From contig OZ024753.1 of NCBI GenBank assembly GCA_964016885.1, forward strand, positions 38,378,001 through 38,442,000: 64,000 nt of DNA. The letters run 5' to 3'. This DNA comes from Eledone cirrhosa (lineage: Eukaryota). The notes under the pieces are model-generated. The model saw nothing but the letters and a program-made list of their open reading frames with translations. It did no database searches and was not told the DNA's origin. Position numbers and translations under genes: made by a program. Below, piece by piece: positions 56,200-64,000 of the stretch (position 1 is its first letter; each line of letters begins with the position of its first letter).

Positions 56200-59100
56200 G
56201 AGATGGTGTTGTGGTGGTGTGATGGTGGTGGTGGTGTGATGGTGGTGTGATGGTGGTGGTGGTGATGGTGGTGGTGGTGTGGTGGTGGTGGTGGTAGTGG
56301 TGGTGTGGTGGTGGTGATTGATGTGTGGTGGTGTGATGGTGGTGGTGGTGTGGTTGTGGTGGTGGTAGTGATGGTGGTGTGATGGTGGTGGTGGTGGTGG
56401 TGTGATGGTGGTGGTGGTGGTGTGGTGATGGATGTGTGGTGGTGGTGGTGGTGTGATGGTGGTGGTGGTGGTGGTGTGATGGTGGTGGTGGTGGTGTGGT
56501 GATGGATGTGTGGTGGTGGTGGTGGTGTGATGGTGGTGGTGTGGTGGTGGTGGTGTGATGGTGGTGGTGTGGTGGTGTGATGGTGGTGGTGGTGGTGTGG
56601 TGATGGATGTGTGGTAGTGATGGTGGTGTGATGGTGGTGGTGGTGGTGGTGTGATGGTGGTGGTGGTGGTGTGGTGATGGATGTGTGGTGGTGGTGGTGG
56701 TGTGATGGTGGTGGTGTGGTGGTGGTGGTGTGATGGTGGTGGTGTGGTGGTGGTGGTGTGATGGTGGTGGTGTGATGGTGGTGGTGGTGGTGTGGTGATG
56801 GATGTGTGGTTGTGGTGGTGGTGTGATGGTGGTGGTGTGGTTGTGGTGGTGGTAGTGATGGTGGTGTGATGGTGGTGGTGGTGGTGTGGTTGTGGTGGTG
56901 TGATGGTGGTGGTGGTGTGATGGTGGTGGTGGTGGTGGTGTGATGGTGATGGTGGTGGTGTGATGGTGGTGGTGGTGTGATGGTGGTGGTGGTGGTGGTG
57001 TGATGGTGATGGTGGTGTGATGGTGGTGGTGGTGGTGTGGTTGTGGTGGTGTGATGGTGGTGGTGATGGTGTGATGGTGGTGGTGGTGTGATGGTGGTGG
57101 TGGTGGTGGTGTGATGGTGATGGTGGTGGTGTGATGGTGGTGGTGGTGTGATGGTGGTGGTGGTGGTGGTGTGATGGTGATGGTGGTGGTGTGATGGTGG
57201 TGGTGGTGTGATGGTGGTGGTGGTGGTGGTGTGATGGTGATGGTGGTGTGATGGTGGTGGTGGTGGTGATGGTGGTGGTGGTGTGGTGGTGGTGGTGGTG
57301 TGATGGTGGTGGTGTGGTTGTGGTGGTGGTAGTGATGAGGGTGGTGGTGGTGTGATGGTGGTGGTGGTGGTGTGATGGTGGTGGTGGTGGTGTGATGGTG
57401 GTGGTGGTGGTGTGGTTGTGGTGGTGGTGGTGTGGTGGTGTGGTTGTGGTGGTGGTGGTGATGAGGGTGGTGGTGGTGTGATGGTGGTGGTGGTGGTGGT
57501 GTGATGGTGATGGTGGTGTGATGGTGGTGGTGGTGGTGATGGTGGTGGTGGTGTGGTGGTGGTGGTGGTGTGATGGTGGTGGTGTGGTTGTGGTGGTGGT
57601 AGTGATGAGGGTGGTGGTGGTGTGATGGTGGTGGTGGTGTGATGGTGGTGGTGGTGGTGTGGTTGTGGTGGTGTGGTTGTGGTGGTGGTAGTGATGGTGG
57701 TGTGATGGTGGTGGTGGTGGTGTGGTTGTGGTGGTGTGATGGTGGTGGTGGTGTGATGGTGGTGGTGGTGGTGGTGTGATGGTGATGGTGGTGGTGTGAT
57801 GGTGGTGGTGGTGTGATGGTGGTGGTGGTGGTGGTGTGATGGTGATGGTGGTGTGATGGTGGTGGTGGTGGTGTGGTTGTGGTGGTGTGATGGTGGTGGT
57901 GATGGTGTGATGGTGGTGGTGGTGTGATGGTGGTGGTGGTGGTGGTGTGATGGTGATGGTGGTGGTGTGATGGTGGTGGTGGTGTGATGGTGGTGGTGGT
58001 GGTGGTGTGATGGTGATGGTGGTGGTGTGATGGTGGTGGTGGTGTGATGGTGGTGGTGGTGGTGGTGTGATAGTGATGGTGGTGTGATGGTGGTGGTGGT
58101 GGTGATGGTGGTGGTGGTGGTGGTGGTGTGATGGTGGTGGTGTGGTTGTGGTGGTGGTAGTGATGAGGGTGGTGGTGGTGTGATGGTGGTGGTGGTGGTG
58201 GTGTGATGGTGATGGTGGTGTGATGGTGGTGGTGGTGGTGATGGTGGTGGTGGTGTGGTGGTGGTGGTGGTGTGATGGTGGTGGTGTGGTTGTGGTGGTG
58301 GTAGTGATGAGGGTGGTGGTGGTGTGATGGTGGTGGTGGTGGTGTGATGGTGGTGGTGGTGGTGTGATGGTGGTGGTGGTGGTGTGGTTGTGGTGGTGGT
58401 GGTGTGGTGGTGTGGTTGTGGTGGTGGTGTGATGGTGGTGGTGGTGGTGTGATGGTGGTGGTGGTGGTGTGGTTGTGGTGGTGGTGGTGGTGTGATGGTG
58501 GTGGTGGTGTGATGGTGGTGGTGGTGTGGTTGTGGTGGTGGTGGTGTGATGGTGGTGGTGGTGTGATGGTGGTGGTGGTGTGATGGTGGTGGTGGTGTGG
58601 TTGTGGTGGTGGTGGTGGTGATGGTGATGGTGGTGTGATGGTGGTGGTGGTGGTGATGGTGGTGGTGGTGGTGTGATGGTGGTGGTGGTGGTGTGGTGAT
58701 GGATGTGTGGTTGTGGTGGTGGTGGTGGTGATGGTGATGGTGGTGTGATGGTGGTGGTGATGGTGGTGGTGGTGTGGTGGTGGTGGTGGTGTGATGGTGG
58801 TGGTGTGGTTGTGGTGGTGGTAGTGATGGTGGTGGTGGTGGTGTGATGGTGGTGGTGGTGGTGATGGTGGTGGTGGTGGTGTGATGGTGGTGGTGGTGGT
58901 GATGGTGGTGGTGGTGGTGTGATGGTGGTGGTGGTGGTGTGGTTGTGGCGGTGGTGGTGTGATGGTGGTGGTGGTGGTGTGATGGTGGTGGTGGTGGTGT
59001 GATGGTGGTGGTGGTGGTGTGATGGTGGTGGTGGTGGTGTGATGGTGGTGGTGGTGGTGTGATGGTGGTGGTGGTGGTGTGGTTGTGGTGGTGGTGGTGG

Positions 59101-60970
59101 TGATGGTGATGGTGGTGTGATGGTGGTGGTGATGGTTGTGGTGGTGTGGTGGTGGTGGTGGTGTGATGGTGGTGGTGTGGTTGTGGTGGTGGTAGTGATG
59201 AGGGTGGTGGTGGTGTGATGGTGGTGGGTGGTGGTGGTGTGATGGTGATGGTGGTGGTGGTGTGGTTGTGGTGGTGGTAGTGATGATGGTGGTGGTGGTA
59301 GTGATGATGGTGGTGGTGGTAGTGATGATGGTGGTGGTGGTGGTGATGATGGTGGTGGTGGTGTGATGGTGGTGGTGGTGTGATGGTGGTGGTGGTGGTG
59401 GTGATGATGGTGGTGGTGGTGTGATGGTGGTGGTGGTGTGATGGTGGTGGTGGTGTGATGGTGGTGGTGGTGGTGTGGTGGTGGTGGTGATGATGGTGGT
59501 GGTGGTGTGATGGTGGTGGTGGTGTGATGGTGGTGGTGGTGTGATGGTGGTGGTGGTGGTGTGGTGGTGGTGGTGATGATGGTGGTGGTGGTGTGATGGT
59601 GGTGGTGGTGTGATGGTGGTGGTGGTGTGATGGTGGTGGTGTGGTTGTGGTGGTGGTGGTGATGAGGGTGGTGGTGGTGTGATGGTGGTGGTGGTGTGAT
59701 GGTGGTGGTGGTGGTGGTGATGATGGTGGTGGTGGTGTGATGGTGGTGGTGGTGTGATGGTGGTGGTGGTGTGATGGTGGTGGTGGTGGTGTGGTGGTGG
59801 TGGTGATGATGGTGGTGGTGGTGTGATGGTGGTGGTGGTGTGATGGTGGTGGTGGTGTGATGGTGGTGGTGTGGTTGTGGTGGTGGTAGTGATGAGGGTG
59901 GTGGTGTGATGGTGGTGGTGGCGTGATGGTGGTGGTGGTGTGATGGTGGTGGTGGTGATGATGGTGGTGGTGGTGTGATGGTGGTGGTGGTGATGATGGT
60001 GGTGGTGGTGTGATGGTGGTGGTGGTGATGATGGTGGTGGTGTGATGGTGGTGGTGGTGATGATGGTGGTGGTGTGATGGTGGTGGTGGTGTGATGGTGG
60101 TGGTGGTGTGATGGTGGTGGTGTGGTTGTGGTGGTGGTGGTGATGAGGGTGGTGGTGGTGTGATGGTGGTGGTGGTGTGATGGTGGTGGTGGTGGTGGTG
60201 TGGTGGTGGTGGTGATGATGGTGGTGGTGGTGTGATGGTGGTGGTAGTGTGATTGTGGTGGTGGTGTGATGGTGGTGGTGGTGGTGTGGTGGTGGTGGTG
60301 GTGATGGTGGTGGTGGTGTGATGGTGGTGGTAGTGTGGTTGTGGTGGTGGTAGTGATGAGGGTGGTGGTGGTGTGATGGTGGTGGTGGTGGTGGTGTGAT
60401 GGTGATGGTGGTGGTGGCGTGGTTGTGGTGGTGGTGTGATGGTGGTGGTGGTGGTGTGATGGTGGTGGTGGTGGTGTGGTTGTGGTGGTGGTAGTGATGA
60501 GGGTGGTGGTGGTGTGATGGTGGTGGTGGTGGTGGTGGTGTGATGGTGATGGTGGTGGTGGTGTGGTTGTGGTGGTGGTGTGATGGTGGTGGGGTAGTGG
60601 TGATGGTGGTGGTGAGATGGTTGTTGTGGTGGTTGTGGTGGTGTGGTGGTGTGTTGGTAAGTGAGGTGATGTTGAAGGTTATGGTATTGTTATTGTTGTT
60701 TTTGGTGGATAGTGATGTTTGTGATGGCGGTAGTGTTGGTGGTTGTGGTGCTGGTTGTGGTTGTGACTGTGGTAGTAGTAGTGGTGGTTGTAGTAGTTGT
60801 TGTAATGTGGTAGTGGTCGTAATAGTGGTGGTTGTAGTGGTAATGGTTGTAGTAGTGGTCGTAATAGTGGTGGTTGTAGTGGTAATGGTTGTAGTAGTGG
60901 TCGTAATAGTGGTGGTCGTAATAGTGGTGGTTGTAGTAGTGGTTGTGATAGTGGTGGTTGTGGTTGTGGT
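56200..60970. repeat. ~4.7-kb (GGT)n/TGA low-complexity satellite with internal block duplications
   Basis: Almost C-free G/T strand; frame-shifting GTGTGA interruptions. Confidence 0.95.
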
Positions 60971-61789
60971 GAGGCGGACATGATTTTAGACCTCCCTCCA
61001 GCTTATAATAATTGTCTTGCCTTCAGGTTTTTTTAGTATAGCCCCCAAAACCACCACTACTTCCCACCACCACCACCACCACCACCACCACCACTACCAC
61101 CACCACCACCACTACTTCCTACCACCACTACCACCACCACCACCACCACTACTTCCCACCACCACCACCACTACTTCCCACCACCACCACCACCACCACC
61201 ACCACTGTCCTGTACACATATATTCCTTATACTACGACCACTTCCATTTCCTGAGGGAAAAATGGATTCTAACCTTCGGGGTCTCCGTGCTACATTCTCC
61301 CTCCCTCCCTCCCTCCCTCTTTTTATCTAACTCCCTCTCTCTATCTCCCACTCTCCCTATATCTCCACCCTCTCTCTCCCTCTCTTTGCTTCACTCTTTC
61401 TCTCCTCCATGCAATTATCACCTTTTCTCTTCCTATATCTATCCCTCTCTCTCTATCTCCCTGTTTCTCTCTCTCTCCCTATACCTACTGCAAGACATCT
61501 TTAGTATTAAGACCTAGAGTGAGATGGTCTCCACAAAGTTTAAATGCCGCCCAAGACTCATCTTATGTCATATCGGCGCCCCTACGCCTTGTATTGTTAC
61601 ATATCTACACATATAACAACACAAAATATTTCACTTGAATTTGTCTTGTAAAAACCATAACGTATGTTTTAAGACATTGCTTACTGATGAGTTTTCGGCG
61701 TCTTAATTTATTAGTTAATTGTTTCTACTTTAGGCACAAGGCCAACAATTACCCAGTGCATTACTGGTACTTTATTTTATCGACCTCGT

Positions 61790-62360
61790 AATAAAAATAT
61801 AATTTCACCTACAAATCGTGCTAATACCGCGGTTTCATTTTGGCAAAGAAATAGATATTAATTAAGACAATTGTTTCTACTTTTTGGCACAAGGCCAGCA
61901 ATTACCCAGTAAGTATATTACTGGTACTTTATTTTATCGACCCCGTAAGGATGAAAGGCAAAGTCAACCTCGGCGGGATTTGAACTCAGATCGTAAAGGG
62001 ACGTAACTATGCTGGAAAGCATGGCGTCCGACCCTCTACTGATACTGCCAATCCAACGCCTAATTTATTAATTAATTATCTTAATTAAAGGTGGTGAATT
62101 GGCAGTATCGGTAGAGGATTGGCCGTCATGCATTCTAGCATAGTTACGCCCCATTACGGTCTGAGTTCAAATCCCGTCGAGGTTAACTTTGCCTTTCATC
62201 CTTACGGGGTCGATAAAATAAAGTACCAGTAATATACTTACTAGGTAATTGCTGGCCTTGTGCCAAAACGTAGAAACAATTGTCTTAATTAATATCTATT
62301 TCTTTGCCAAAATGAAACCGCGGTATTAGCACGAATTTATAGGTGAAATTATATTTTTAT
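61790..62360. mobile_element. Head-to-head S1 SINE pair (- 61868-62061, + 62090-62280) whose inverted homology extends ~75 bp into the flanks
   Basis: TAAAAATATAATTTCACCTA..TACCGCGGTTTCATTTTGGC is mirrored at 62281-62360. Confidence 0.85.
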
Positions 62361-62510
62361 TTTAAAATGTAATTTTTGCTTACTTATAACTTTTAATATA
62401 CTATAAATTTTTACACCTAAATATAATTTTTGAAAAATGAAACTCTACAAATTATAGTTTTGAGCTATTTAAGTTGTAATATGAGTGAAATTGTTTTATT
62501 TTAGTCTATT

Positions 62511-62569
<59 letters not shown>

Positions 62570-62573
<4 letters not shown>

Positions 62574-63298
62574 TATGAAGAGAGAAGAAACATTTAGATA
62601 TAATTAGTAATAAAATGTATCATACCTAAACTGTTCCTAAATTCCTCGACTACGTAGTTTCGTGGCATAAACAAAAACAATATATCAAAGATATAGAGTC
62701 CTTGCGAGGTCTGCCGACTTATCAAGAGGATACCTCATTTTACTAGTCTCAAGAACGCGTCTACACGACGTGAGAAAGAATCCCAAAAGGCGGAGGGGGA
62801 GATAGTCACGCGATATAACGGTCGAGAAACAGAGCTAAGCCTCTTATAACCACGAAGAAAATACCACGGAGGCGGAGGGGGTATTCATATCGAGGCCGCA
62901 GAAGAGGTAGTGAAGAAGGCGAGAAGTATGAGTAATGGAAGCTTTCCAGTTGTCCCCACACTTCAAAGATTGCTCGACCAGAGGGAGTTATTAATATATT
63001 TATAAACACACAGATACATGCGGACACACACATATATACATGAATGCATCCGCACCCAACTGTGAGTTAAGGGTGCCAACTTCACCGATGTTGCTCAATG
63101 AATGACTGGGACAGACCAATTCAGTTTGAACTAGACTGAACCAGTATCAGAGTTAAAAATACATTATGAAGAGAGAAGAAACATTTAGATATAATTAGTA
63201 ATAAAATGTATCATACCTAAACTGTTCCTAAATTCCTACAGTTGGGTGCGGATGCATTCATGTATATATGTGTGTGACCGCATGTATCTGTGTGTTTC

Positions 63299-63303
<5 letters not shown>
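62570..63303 (-). mobile_element. Non-autonomous Penelope-like unit: ~590-bp monomer, partial direct repeat (62570-62646 = 63161-63237), inverted segment (62998-63063 / 63238-63303), degenerate hammerhead 62643-62730
   Basis: Minus strand TCCTC-TTGATAA-long stem II-GAAA-CTACGTAG-TC^GAGGA; (TA)n on both sides. Confidence 0.7.
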
Positions 63304-63354
<51 letters not shown>

Positions 63355-63513
63355 CAATATCGGAGAAAGCTTTTTAGCGATACTCCGGCCAAATTCCAAC
63401 TCACTCAACAAACATTAGGAAATAAGCGATTATATTCCCAATTATGCGTTCGGGATGCTAACTAAAAGGTATTGCTTGGTAAATTGGCTGTATTATTTCA
63501 TATGAGACATATC

Positions 63514-63582
<69 letters not shown>

Positions 63583-63737
63583 ATTATCCTAGATGCAGTA
63601 ATGGTTAATTACTACACTGGAGATGGTTGACGTACGGTGAGAGGTTACTCAACGAGTTATGGAAGAATTGTTGAAGAAACTTAGTTCCTGATCCTTCTGT
63701 ATTCCGGAGTTATGATGTCTACCTGTTATTATTCATT

Positions 63738-63818
<81 letters not shown>

Positions 63819-63870
63819 TAGTATCACAATAGTTAGTTCACCATATACCGACAACAAATGTTTCACCTTG

Positions 63871-63926
<56 letters not shown>

Positions 63927-63927
63927 T

Positions 63928-63975
<48 letters not shown>

Positions 63976-64000
63976 GTATATTTGCACACACACACACACA

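Overview
AT-rich, extremely repeat-dense animal genomic DNA. The SINE families, RTE tails and huge (TA)n load point to an octopod cephalopod (inference). The only well-supported gene is the 3' part (5 spliced + strand exons, 22538-27172) of a CEP43/FGFR1OP (FOP) centrosomal-protein orthologue. Almost all long ORFs in the track are microsatellite or minisatellite artefacts. The rest is tRNA-derived SINEs, LINE 3' ends, MITEs, minisatellites (two derived from an internal SINE subrepeat) and simple repeats. The most striking signal is many unrelated short elements nested in (TA)n tracts that carry minimal type I hammerhead-ribozyme motifs (CTGAnGA-stem II-GAAA-short palindromic stem III-TH), typical of Penelope-like element termini. 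Several occur as stereotyped asymmetric fold-back palindromes, and one seeds a tandem array whose unit starts at the predicted self-cleavage site. All calls are by eye; no searches or folding were run.
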